Assembly: GCA_043228905.1 (NCBI GenBank)
Contig: JBHGNT010000021.1
Coordinates: 2,976,001 to 3,040,000, forward strand
Direction of reading: 5' to 3'
Source: Azolla caroliniana
Lineage: Eukaryota; Plantae; Polypodiophyta
Length of the DNA stretch: 64,000 bases
Shown here: one piece after another, positions 25,569-39,858 of the stretch
Layout of the letters: each line of letters begins with the position of its first letter
Numbering within the stretch: position 1 is the first letter of the stretch
Made by a program: the position numbers and the translations under genes
Notes under the pieces: generated by a model
The model's database searches: none
What the model saw: the letters and a program-made list of their open reading frames with translations, nothing else
What the model was told of the DNA's origin: nothing

Positions 25569-28375
25569 TCAGACAACAACTAGAGAGCATATCGCAATCA
25601 ACACCTAGCCACCATTTTTCACAAGGAAAAATAATTAAAAGGTTGATGATTCAGATACAGTTCTATGTTTGAAAAACATTATGCTACGTTTTATGTGTTG
25701 AAGCATATTTTGTGTGTGGCAGATAAGAGTTTGGATAGCTATGGTCTTTTATATCACTGTGAAACCCTAGGTGTATGTCAAGATATGCTGTACTACACAG
25801 TAAAACAATATTATAAATACCACCTATATGGAAAAAACAATATGGCCTTGGGCATATAAGTGATAAAAAGAGAACGTACAACTGACATGGTTGTCTCCGG
25901 ATGCCATTACCTCAAAATACCCAAGTTTAGCCGTCCATTTCTATCAACATTTCTACCAATGTTTGGGTGGGAAGCTCCTCCCACAAATGTTACCTAATCA
26001 AATAATAGAACACAGTATAAGTAACTAACATCATTATGGCAATGGTTAAAATTGAAAATACAACTAGCAAAAAATCAATTGTCCCATCAAACTCAAAGAA
26101 GAAGCATCTCCTTATAGGAACTGATCTACAAACTCTCTGAGCTCGAGGTCCAAGCCCTCTGGTTTTACATTGATGAGATCTTGGGAATCGCTTCATTTGC
26201 CATTCCAAGTTTCCCATTGGGTTGACACCTATCCTATTTGTTGAGAAGAACAGATCCCTATCACCAAGTGTCAATGATCAGGGACTCAATTGAATAATCA
26301 TCTGAAACCAATACCCACAACACTTGATCCACACACACGTTTCTCAATCTTCTTTGATTGGTGATGATTTTTTCCAACAACATCAATTTTCGTGGTGTCT
26401 ACAATGAACCCCACATCAAGCCTGGAGATGAGAGGAAGACTGTGTTCCACACATAGTACGGGCAGCTGTTTACCACATTCACATATTTCAGGAATTCATG
26501 GAAAGTTCTTCATGAGAGATGCCTGGCAACACATTGAACTTCTCGCAGACTCAATAGAACCACAGTCACCATCTCGTTCTCCACTTTAGAGGATCACCAT
26601 AAAAAGAGAATTCCTTAGCAGATGACAGCCGTAACTGGAACCCTGTTAAGTTCTACTCTGAGAAATTTACCCTTATAGAGGCCAACCATTCAATATATAT
26701 GATAAGAAGTTGCCTAATATCATTTCCACCTTTGAGGAATGGCATTCTTACTTGGTGGAGGTGGTGACCGTAAAAACAGTACCCATCTCACCACTCCCTG
26801 TTCGCTGATGCATTGTCAAGATCTCTTATCAACTTTGAAATATTGTTACGGGCAGGGTCCTTGCAAGGTAAAAGTGAACATTCTTTCTCAGGGCAGAGTT
26901 CAACTTTAGTTGGGTTGTGGGGCCACAACCAAGAAGCTAAGACCCTTTTGAAGCTAGACAATATCAACCTAGTCGCCAGATACACACTCCAAATCAAGAT
27001 ACCCTCACAGCAACAGGCTCCAATCGCCGGCCAAAGAGATCAAATTCATATTTGATTCGACCAAAGTCTCAGGAAATTACGACTCAGACCAGTTCACATT
27101 TGAAGATGGGCTCCTCCGGAATATCCTGGTCCATGTCCAAGATGGTCCCATTTGCATCAAGATCTTATCTGAGGCCACATGGGAAAACTGGATTTCCCTA
27201 GTTTTTCGCAACTAAGATTTGTACATGGAAAAGTTACCTTTATATGTGACTACAATTATACCACCTAAGAGGATTTACCGTAACTAGATCCCCTCACTAT
27301 CATAGGAGGGAAAGCATAGGTTTTTGCCACATTATTCTAATATACACACTACATTTACAAAAGAAGAAGAAGAAAGAGAACAGTCCATAGGGAAGGGAGT
27401 CAGTCAGGTATAAATGAAATATAATTGAACAAATTGGGATGCACTAATTGATAGGTATCCTGATCTCTATTACTAGCCATGACTTCACTGTGGATATCGA
27501 CTCTTTAACATACATCTGTTTCAGAAATTCAAAATTCCTAATATTAAAAAATTTAAGGCTTTAAAACAATAACCAAAACCAGAAATATAACAATCGGTCA
27601 CTATATAGATACATAAAATAAGAAACAAAGAAAAAAATGAAATGGACTAAACAATAAAAAATGATAATAACAATAATAACCACATGCAGATCATATAATA
27701 GAAACAAACAAGAAAAGCAATTGTCAATCAAACAAGCAAAGCAATGTAGCTCATCAAAATGTAACAAATAAAAATACAAGTACCTTAGGTGGTGCATCGG
27801 GATAATTACAAGGGAAACAAATGCGAAATAAGAACACTCGTTGAGCATGGCCAAATATAGCAGCTTCTCAACAGAACATATCTCCTTCATAAAGATCTGA
27901 GGAAATATATACATATATATAACCAAAAAGAAAAAGAAGTTACAAAAACAAAACGTACACACTCGCAGAAGAGAAAATGGTTTTTTTAGCCCAAACAAGA
28001 CAATATAATAAACCAGAACAGAGAATAGGATAGAAAAACAGGGAGGAGAAAGAATGCTCTGCTCTTTTTCTTACAGAAGCCAAAAAAGGAAAGCGTACTA
28101 GGCAGAGAAAACAGAATCTCCCATTTTTTAAAAGCCTTGAGGACAAAATAACAACCCTGAAATTGAGCTTTTCGAGCAAAATTGAACTTTTGTGAATGCA
28201 AACAAGTACAGGAAAAGGAATCTAGAAAACTTGCTTTATTGAACAGGATGATGCACGAAAAAGAAAGAAATCCTTAATTTTGGTAGACGGGTCACAGCAA
28301 CGTACCTACAGTAAAAGACGAGGCAACATTTGCCTGCACATTCGTGAGCTCCCGGTTGATTCTTTCGGAAGCCTC
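25569..28375 (-). pseudogene. UBC-derived pseudogene, copy B (UEV-like); exons 28375-28306, 27896-27784, 25993-25880, 25604-25569
   Basis: EASERINRELTNVQANVASSFTV / DLYEGDMFC*EAAIFGHAQRVFLFRICFPCNYPDAPPK / VTFVGGASHPNIGRNVDRNGRLNLGILR*WHPETTMSV / VLIAICSLVVV*. All GT-AG sites and phases match the intact gene; ATG replaced by GAG, two internal stops, catalytic Cys replaced by Asn. Confidence 0.9.
26400..27180 (+). mobile_element. Ty3/gypsy RT-RNase H remnant in intron 2 of UBC copy B (same insertion as in copy A)
   Basis: cacatcaagcctggagatgagaggaagactgtgttccacaca matches 12794-12832; YDKKLPNIISTFEEWHSYL resembles RNase H YDKELLAII.AFEEWRHYL; RAGSLQGK motif follows. Confidence 0.85.
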
Positions 28376-28842
28376 GGAGTTTGGGGGATCTGTGTCTGTG
28401 TCTGTGTCTGTAGCCCTGCTCAAAGCTCACAGGACAGAGAGACGGCGAGAGACAGAGGAAAGGAAGTAATGGTGTGTGGCCTAAACCATACGTGAATTCT
28501 CATTCGCGTATGGTAAATACCATACTTTTATATAAATGATTTATTATAAAGGTAATGTTTTTTCATAGGTAAGAAAGTTAAGGTAAAAAGTGTAAATAAA
28601 AACATAAGAATATTGTAAAGAAAAACATAAGAACGTAATATACTCGAATGCAGCGTATGAAGAAAGAGGTTTAAATACATACGATTATCAATTCATTTTT
28701 TTTGTCTTAGTGTTAAGTTGTTAGAACTGAGCACTATTAGGTCTTGGGTTCGAAACCTAATTTTCTCGCCTATCTATAATTCCTTGCATATACATACATA
28801 TCCTCTTCATTTATTCGATCGACTTTAGAATTTGCCCACGTA

Positions 28843-28899
28843 GATGTAGCTCAGTTGGTTGGTAAGCTTGCCCAATGGACACAAGGAAGTCATGGGTTC
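28843..28899 (+). mobile_element. Second tRNA-derived SINE head, truncated by (CT)n
   Basis: gatgtagctcagttggttggtaagcttgcccaatggacacaaggaagtcatgggttc is near-identical to the reverse complement of 17225-17278. Confidence 0.7.
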
Positions 28900-29600
28900 T
28901 CTCTCTCTCTCTCTCGATGGGGTCACTTCCCATCAAGATTGTCGCCATGGGAAAGCTTGTTGAATACATGCATAAGGTTCCAAAAAGTCCGTCCCTCACA
29001 TCAACTTCCTAGAATCGCATAACAAAAAATATGCATAAAAAAGCCAAATTTTGTGTTCCGATTGGATGCAAGATATGGAAGAATGGTTTTGTAGACGAGG
29101 CCTTTTTGCAACGCCTCATGACATGGGACAAATGTGGAGGCTCATGCTTCACACATTATACTACACATGTTGCACCTAATTACAAAACCACATTCTTCAC
29201 GGAACGAGGAAACTATACACCTCAATATATGATAGAGCCCATCCTATTGTATTGCATTCAAACCATAGTTTCTATGCGACTTAGCACACATGCATAGTGA
29301 TGTGAGATGGCGCGTTGGGGCACAAGTGATGAGAGTGGTTGACTATGCACACTTTACCCTAAACATGTTTAGAGTCTGAGTATCACACTTTGAGACAATG
29401 CTCTGCCCTTGATCATATTCAAGCAAGCTTTCCACACATCATTGACCATGCAATCCTTGCACGAGTTTTTCTCACAACCACAATGTGCACTCTCAATTGC
29501 AACATTCATTGGTAAAGTTCTTGAACATCGAGAGTTGCTACTCACTTTAACATGAAATGTTTGGTCTCATAGGTCATATTTGACCTTTGAAGACGATAAT

Positions 29601-29681
<81 letters not shown>

Positions 29682-31001
29682 CACACACACAAATGCACAT
29701 TGTAGATATAGACCATGTTAGATATTAAACAAAAATGCACGTTGTCGATATAGACCCTGTCACATATCAAACACACCTCATCACACCAAAAGTGAAAACC
29801 TTTTCTCACACACTACATGTAAAGTTGCGATATGTGGGGATCACAAGATGAGCACATAGACCCAGTCCTCTGTAGTCAAATCTAGCACTTGAGACCAAGA
29901 GTGGAACATTTTTATGCTTTCACATACATATGCATAGACCTTCTCAATATATTGGCCCACCACACCAAAAGCAAAATGTCTTCACGTGGTACATGTAGCT
30001 AAGTTAATATATGAGCAAGTTATTAAAAGCAACCACACAAGGGAAAACAAATATTAGCCTACATAGCCAAAAATGAAAGCAAATAAGTGTCGTGTGGTTT
30101 GGATTGAGTTGGGGAGAGTGTGGATCAGTATGATCTACCCATATGCATCCCAAATGATACAACCAAATAATGGCTCATCCTCACATTATTAATGTTAATA
30201 TGAGTATTCCAAGCACCTTGTGGCCTCCATAGAGTGAAAGGGACTAAAGAGGTCAAATTTGGTGCTTTTTACTTAGCTCTTCATTACTTCCAAGTGTTTA
30301 AACTAAAGCTCTCCTTGTCCCTTGATCTTGTAAATTCTTAATTGCTCCTGCTTAGGACTTACGCATCCATTTTATATTCTTTAGCAAAACTTTCTATCTA
30401 TGTGATCTTATATTAAACCAAGCATGGTATTGTCCCCTTCAAAGATTCTTTTATTGCAAATTACTTTGTTTACATAGTTGAAGTATTCACTTGTTAAGTC
30501 TTCACGATGTTATTAAGTAGGTTAACTTGACTAGGGTGTTTAGAGGTAAGCAAGGATAGAAAGGGAGTTCCTTTAGTTCAACTAATATTGGAAGAAAATT
30601 GACGTTAGGAATCAGGTTTTATTGTATAACAACAATTTAGATTGCCAACACAATATTCTCTTGAAATTCATGTGACACTGCTTTGTTTGAAGTGAAGTTA
30701 GAACACCCTATGACAACGATACTCATAGACCAAGTAGTGAATTAGCTGAACATTGCTTCAAATATCAATGATATAGAGGCAAGTGAAGATATTCAAAAAA
30801 GGTATCAAATAATTGATCCTCTTTATGTACTAAAGCAATTTGTAAGAAAAAAACATTCTACATGATAGACAACTATAAAGCGCTAATAGATGTGAGTGGG
30901 AATGTCAATCCCTTGTTAGCAAAGGCACAAAAATGAAGTATGTGCGTGTTCGATTGGAGTAGCATAAGAGGTGTAAGAATGGGGTTGACAACATGACCTT
31001 C

Positions 31002-31052
<51 letters not shown>

Positions 31053-31842
31053 GAACAATGGTTTCTTAAAGTGCTTCTCAGAAAGGTGTCCACTCTCTCC
31101 ATGCTCTTTGGAGTGGAAGTGTGGGGCTGCACTATCTCACTTAGTGCATTAAATGAAATAGAGAAAATCCAAAAACGTTTATTCCATACACAATTTGAGG
31201 TAAAACCCTCAACACGCTATTAGAACATGTGCTTGGCCCATAGAGGTATTAGCTTTGCAAAGAGCATACAACCATATTTCAAAAGTTAAGAATATGTTTG
31301 ATCATTGCTCGTTTGCGCTTTTGGTAGAAATGGCAGAACACACCTATGGTGACGCAAGGAGGAAGTGGCCCGAGGTAGAACTACCATGCCCCACGCTAGT
31401 TGTTTCCTTCTCACTTGCCACCCTCCCTTCGTTGTAGGCCCCAGGAGTCGGCTCATACTGACCGACACTAAAGGGCACCACTTTTAGCTATATGTATCTA
31501 CTTACTTTAGGTAGTCAATTTGAAAGGCTATGTAAGTAGTCTCATTTTCTTGAACTTAATTGGAGGGAGATTCTCCGCTTTGTGTATAAGCCTCCTTGCA
31601 TAGTCTCTTTGTAATAATCCTTCCTAACTAATGGGAAAGTAGCTTCATTTTGGGAAAGAGAAGAAGAATATGTTCGATCACATATTACCAAAGCAAGCTT
31701 GGAAAATAGTATGCAAGATACTTTTTCTTCTCTCTGATGCAAACTGTGCAGATTGTTGTTACAATGATCAACCGGTTCTTTCCGAACTCAGGGTCAGACA
31801 CAACACACGCCGAGGCGATGGACTTCGATCAAGCTACCGCAC

Positions 31843-31854
31843 GCTCTGATACCA
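31843..31854 (-). mobile_element. LTR-retrotransposon primer-binding site (tRNA-iMet) next to an LTR end
   Basis: Minus strand reads CA|TGGTATCAGAGC, the canonical iMet PBS directly after an LTR-terminal CA. Confidence 0.7.
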
Positions 31855-32449
31855 TGTCCTCTCATCTAGTTGGGTGTCTGACATTATACAATGGCGAGTA
31901 AAAGATCTATTGGATCATTGAGGACATCATGTGACGTACATGATCATCAAGGATCAACTAAAAGAGGAACTAAGGATAAAGTGACAAGATTCTATCTCAA
32001 ATTTGGAATATTACTGTGAAAATGTTAACCTTTAATGCCGGCCCCAATACAAAATAAAATGGCTAGAAATGTATCCAACCACATCTTCCTATCCCCGTGA
32101 GGCTTATGGAGGAGCCTTAACCCTTCTTTGAACTTGCTCATACAAGTTAGGTGTTGAATCATGGCATCACTACACTTGTGTGAATATACATAAGGTATAC
32201 ACTAAAAACATATAAGAGATCAATATCACTTACTTCTCACATTTCCAAAGCATAAGGTAAATTAGTGAGAGTGTTATGACTTATTAGACTGACATGAAAG
32301 TCAACTTGTTAGAGTGAGTGTATATGCACATGAAAAGTCAACTCGAGCACCAAACTCAAATCCCCATCAAGAAGAGTGAGTGTATATGCACATGCATAAC
32401 TTCCTCATAGAGAGTTTTTACTAGAGAGTGAAACCCTCCCTTCTTAGGA

Positions 32450-33790
32450 AGGACCCATGTACAAGATGATATGTTATTTGATACCATTGGTCTAAGTTGA
32501 CCTCCTCATGGATGATTACATTTCTATTCTCATTCTTTTGGTAAACCCCAAATTAAAATTAATTGTATGTAAAAACCACCATTACAATATGACTGTCCTC
32601 CCAACATGTGTAGAGAGATATTCCTCTGTGCCATAAAAAACATTTAGTACCCACATGTTATATCATGCAAAATCGCAATATGAGTATATCTCTCAACTTT
32701 CTAAGATATGCATTTTCTCCATTTCTATCATCAAACATGAAAGCATTGTGCAAGACTCCAATTATGTTGCAACTCTCAATACCTTAATAATTGGAACATG
32801 ATTTCGGTGTCATCCTTGGGCCCATTTCGCACAATATTCATTGTATGGGCTCTGAATAGCATGTACAATAGGGTAATGAATGAATCAATGTATATTAACT
32901 TCTAAAACATTAATACAAAAGAAATATGTGGTTGACATTCGATGTAAACCGTCTCCTCTTGAGGGTTAAACCTAAAGAAACAACCTCCACTATCATTCGC
33001 CAAATGAACACCTTGGATCAAAATGGCAATGGAGAAACCCAACTACGCTACAACATTATCCACCACCCCACATCTGACTTGCACATTCCTTTTATGCTCT
33101 ATGTGACAGCCATGAAAATGATGTTGTAGAATAATGATCCAACATATTAGTACTTACCGTTGACAATCTTGTACCATCCTTCAAACACAAATCCCCCAAG
33201 GTTGATGATCTCTCTCTCATTAACCCAAGTTGGATCTTCACCATGGACTAGGCCATGTCTTATAAATTGCATATCTGTTTCCCATGGATGTTAAAAAGAC
33301 CTTTTTCTACCATTTGAACCATTGTTTTCATATGACCGAGTCCACACTCACTTCATTGTGAGACAGGGCGTTGGGGCACAACTGATAATACCTTTCAATC
33401 ATGTACATTGGTGCTTCTCTATAACATCCCTACATCCATTGGAAAGAGTTTAAAAATGTTCAAAAGCATTTTCTTGATACGTGATCACTTGCCATTGCGA
33501 TCACGGCCATGGGAAGGGTTGTTGAATATATGCATAATGTTCAAAAAACTCCCACATGTTAACTTTGTAGAGTCATATAGGAAACAAAATTGTATTTCGG
33601 ATGGATGCAGGATATAAAAAAATGGTTTGAAAGATGGGGCACAACATGCTTGCTTCCAAACACAAGAATAGATTCCTCTATGAAATGTATCATAAGATGA
33701 GACAAGTAGGCCCCTTGCAATTATATTGCACATGTGGGAAACGACAAAACCACATTCTTCATTGAAGCAGCCAATTTTCTCGCTAGAATA
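32450..33790 (-). mobile_element. Decayed LTR-retrotransposon pol remnant; related copy at ~29000-29560
   Basis: Shared blocks gcgttggggcacaa (29312, 33367), ggatgcaa/ggatgcag...aatggttt and aaaaccacattcttc; frames are broken, so the pol assignment is inference. Confidence 0.45.
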
Positions 33791-35080
33791 ATAAGAAATG
33801 TTCTTTTGCTTACACTGTTTTTACTTCAACTACTGCTTGACATTAATAACGGTACACATATAATAAACATTACATGTTTCTACTTCAACTTCTAAAATAT
33901 ATAGCAAAACCATGAGTGGCCTTTTTCAACATATGAAGGGAATTCTTGAAAGCTAGTAACACTGTTGCTTTACGATATATCATGATTGCTTTCTTTATTT
34001 ATGATGTGGCTAGTATCAAGTCTTTACCAAATAAAATTCTCCCTACCTCTCACTAGATTCAACACAAACTATGGATTGGTAAAGTTTGCTGTGCATAATT
34101 CTGACTAGATGAGCATCACTTTGATATTTTTATTCGCAAATGTCACATTGCAACCAATGCATTACTATTCACCACAAATGTCGCGTTCGTTGGTCACTCC
34201 CCTTCGTTATCTTTTATTTCCTAAAGCAAGTGTTAAGAGCCAAAACAAACACACTTTATCAAAGGGGAAAGGCACCACCACATCTCGTGCACAATGACAC
34301 CCTTCTATTATTTTCTGTCCCGTGATATTGCGACTTAGCATCTTCGCAAAACAAGAATGGCAAGCATATACATTTCTCTGACTTTTATAATGGGGAACAC
34401 CAAAGTAACATAATTTTGCTCCATACCTCTTCTTCGTGTGAATATCTTGTAATATAGCAATCAACATTCCTTACATCTTTCCATCATGTAAAAGTAAGCC
34501 TTTTTACTTGTTACTTCGTCACTTTCACATATTTCATTTCTAGTATGAAATAGCCCAGAAACATGATGTTGACATAACATATTAGAATCCCTTCACAGAA
34601 ATGATCATCTCTTGATCAGGATAACCCCAACACAATCCACCACTTTCCACGTCATGGAGTTACCTGGCTCCCCCAGTCTTCAGACTTGTAAGCTTGAGCA
34701 ATGAGTAATACCAGAATGGAGTAGGATGACTTTTCCAAATGGAATACACATGACATATGATTGTAAGCAGAAGGCCACTCTTGAAATCTCTTCTATATAC
34801 GAACTATCTCTCGTAAACACAGGTAAAATAAACTCTACTATAATGGAGCCCTTACATCCGTCATCATGCCAAAATTACAAGACAGTTAACTTGCCACCAT
34901 AAAGACACTAGAGAGCCACATCAATCAATGATTTCGTTAAATATGATGGATGGGAATCAAACTTATATGGTTTTATATATATGTATAAATATAAGTCTAG
35001 AATTGAATCAATTAGCCTGACAGTCATTCATTGTTAGCAACAAGTAAAACCTTATTTTTTGTTAACTTATATGCATTTTT

Positions 35081-37382
<2,302 letters not shown>

Positions 37383-39155
37383 GGAGATGGAGAGAGAAAG
37401 AGAAAGAAAGAGGAAGCAGATACAGGGGCAGGGGCAGAGGAAAACACAGAGAAGAGAATATATATATATATATGTATATCTGATCTCTCTCTCTGTCTCT
37501 CCTCTCTCTTTCTCTCTGTATGTATGTATGTATGTTGTGTTATGCTCTGTTTTTATTTACTATATAGTATTTGTATGTATGTGTGTGCCTTGTGTTATGC
37601 CATGTTTTTTATGTACTATATAGTATTTGTTGGCTCAAGCTCAAGGCTGAGTCCTGGCTATTGCAAGTTGCAACCCAATCCATGTGAATGTGAAACCAAA
37701 AAGTATGTGCCGCTTCATCATCTTGGGTTGCATTTACTCATCTCTCGAGAGCTTCTCTGCATGAGTGGATTGGATTTGCATACAGACACCGAACTTACAT
37801 GGCCACGTTCATACACTACGATAGGATGATGGCTCAGAGTTTCATCCCCGTGCACTAGACTTTTGAGCATGAGTGCGCACCTCCTCCCGTACACATGTTG
37901 GCACACCTCTTCATTCCCATATACGTACCCATCCTATTAGCACTACCACACTCTTCACCAAGTACATTGCTTTGCTTTGCCAACAATCACGCATCAAAGG
38001 CTCGTTTGAGCTTCACAAGCTTAGGGAAGTGGCCCTTAACATTAGCATATGAGTCATGCATGAAATCAGAACATCATTGGATTCTTGCATGTACTTGCAC
38101 CCGTACTAACAATGTGTCTACGAGTCGTCATTTAATGAGTGAAGGGAATGTCGCAAGTATCGAGCTACATCACAAAGATCGCAATGTTCAAGCGGCATAG
38201 AGTCATTAGATGCAATCCACGTACTTTGCAATTGCCTTGCTCCATCACATCTAACATCATGGCCATGCACCCCACTCTTCCCATACATATTTATGATACA
38301 AGCCATGCTTGGAAAACCGTCAATAAAAATTTGTAAATCCTCACCCCATGCACACCTCATGTGACATTACAGGAGTTGCAAGTTGGAGAACAGGTGAAAG
38401 AAAATAATGATACTTATTATCATTATGGAGTAAGAGGAGATGGCCACTGGTGTGGACTAACCATTATGGCCCACTACGTTCTACATTCACTAAAAGTACA
38501 AGATCTCTTATCTCATTCTTTTTCTCTTAGTGAGTTCATCATGGCTAGAGCCATTGTAATGTTTTCAGCCTAATCATTTCGTCATGTATGAAGAATTTCT
38601 AGTGATGAAGAATAATTTTTCAGAAAATAAAAAAACAAATTGTTATATGGGAGGTTATAGCTTCCATTTTTTTCAAAATGGATAACCAATGTACCCTTAT
38701 TTATGATCATGATTTATCCCATAGGTTGATTTCCGCCTCTAATAAATCCCTCTCTCTACGTCGTTGCCTTTTCTCTTGTTCACGTTTGGCGAAAAAGAGT
38801 GTTCACATGATGGAGCTCAATAACCTTATGCATATTCTTCGGAGTGAACCTTAGGTAAACATTTTGAGATCAATTGGATGAGAATTTTAGTTATGTACCT
38901 TGCTACTTTCCAACTAGAGTCATATACACAATACTAATCATCGTGTTGGCAGTTCCTTCAATTCTACGTTTGATGCACATCCTTGCGACAAATCGATCTT
39001 GTTTTTATAAGGGGGTCCCCATTTTAATACTAGTTGGTGTCATAGGAACATCTTCTCCGGTTTCAGGGAATCATCCAATTTATGTTTGGGTATGCTTCCA
39101 ACTCGATCTTTTCTCTATGTTGGACTTGTGTTACTTCAGGCATCGAAGTGTCAAC

Positions 39156-39388
39156 CTTCAAATCTAACATCTGTGCAAGCTGTTCACCTTGCATTTTGAT
39201 TCAACCATACTATAGCATGTCCTTCAAATCTGACATCTGTGCAAGCTGTTCACCTTGCCTTTTGATTCAACCATACTATAGCATGTCCCTCAAGTTTGAC
39301 ATCTGTGCAAGCTGTTCACCTTGCATTTTGATTCAACCATATTATAGCATGTCCCTCAACTCTGACATCTGTGTAAGCTGTTCACCTG
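39156..39388. repeat. 66-bp tandem repeat, ~3.5 copies, downstream of the PPR stop
   Basis: ctgtg(c/t)aagctgttcacct at 39171, 39237, 39303, 39369 (period exactly 66). Confidence 0.95.
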
Positions 39389-39858
39389 GCATGTTCCCCA
39401 TCAATGTGTTTTGCCAAGTCTGGGATACTTGAAGAAATTCATGCTTTTGATGGGTTCCCCTTTACAGGTAAAGCAAAGACAGCCCATCCCCATGGTGGTT
39501 TGGTTTTAATCACATTATGTTGGTCTTACTTACAGTCACTGTATGGTACTTTTCCGACGGAAGTCCAAGAATTCTGCAAATTCATACAAGGAGATTAAAT
39601 CATCAGCACATAAGAGCATCATATGTAGATGTCTTGCCAATGATGACATCATCATCCATCATCCACATCCAACTCATCGCCTCGTGATTGGCAATACCAA
39701 CAAGGTGCAAGACAACAAGTCTCCATGCAATGAAATCATACAGAAGACTGTAGACCGTTTGAGGGGCATAGTTTAATTGGTTATGGATGATCTCCAAGAA
39801 CTTGATGTACAGGGCTCAAATCCTAGTATTGCTGTAATGGCAATATATAATCATTCTT

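Noticed and set aside
25880-27896. Rescue of copy B stops by U-to-C RNA editing (a PPR gene is nearby)
   Set aside because: Reverse editing is organellar; TGG>TGA cannot be repaired by U-to-C; the start codon is also lost.
39430-39858. DYW deaminase domain downstream of the PPR stop
   Set aside because: No PG box, HSE or CxxC/DYW motif recognised in the frames I read.
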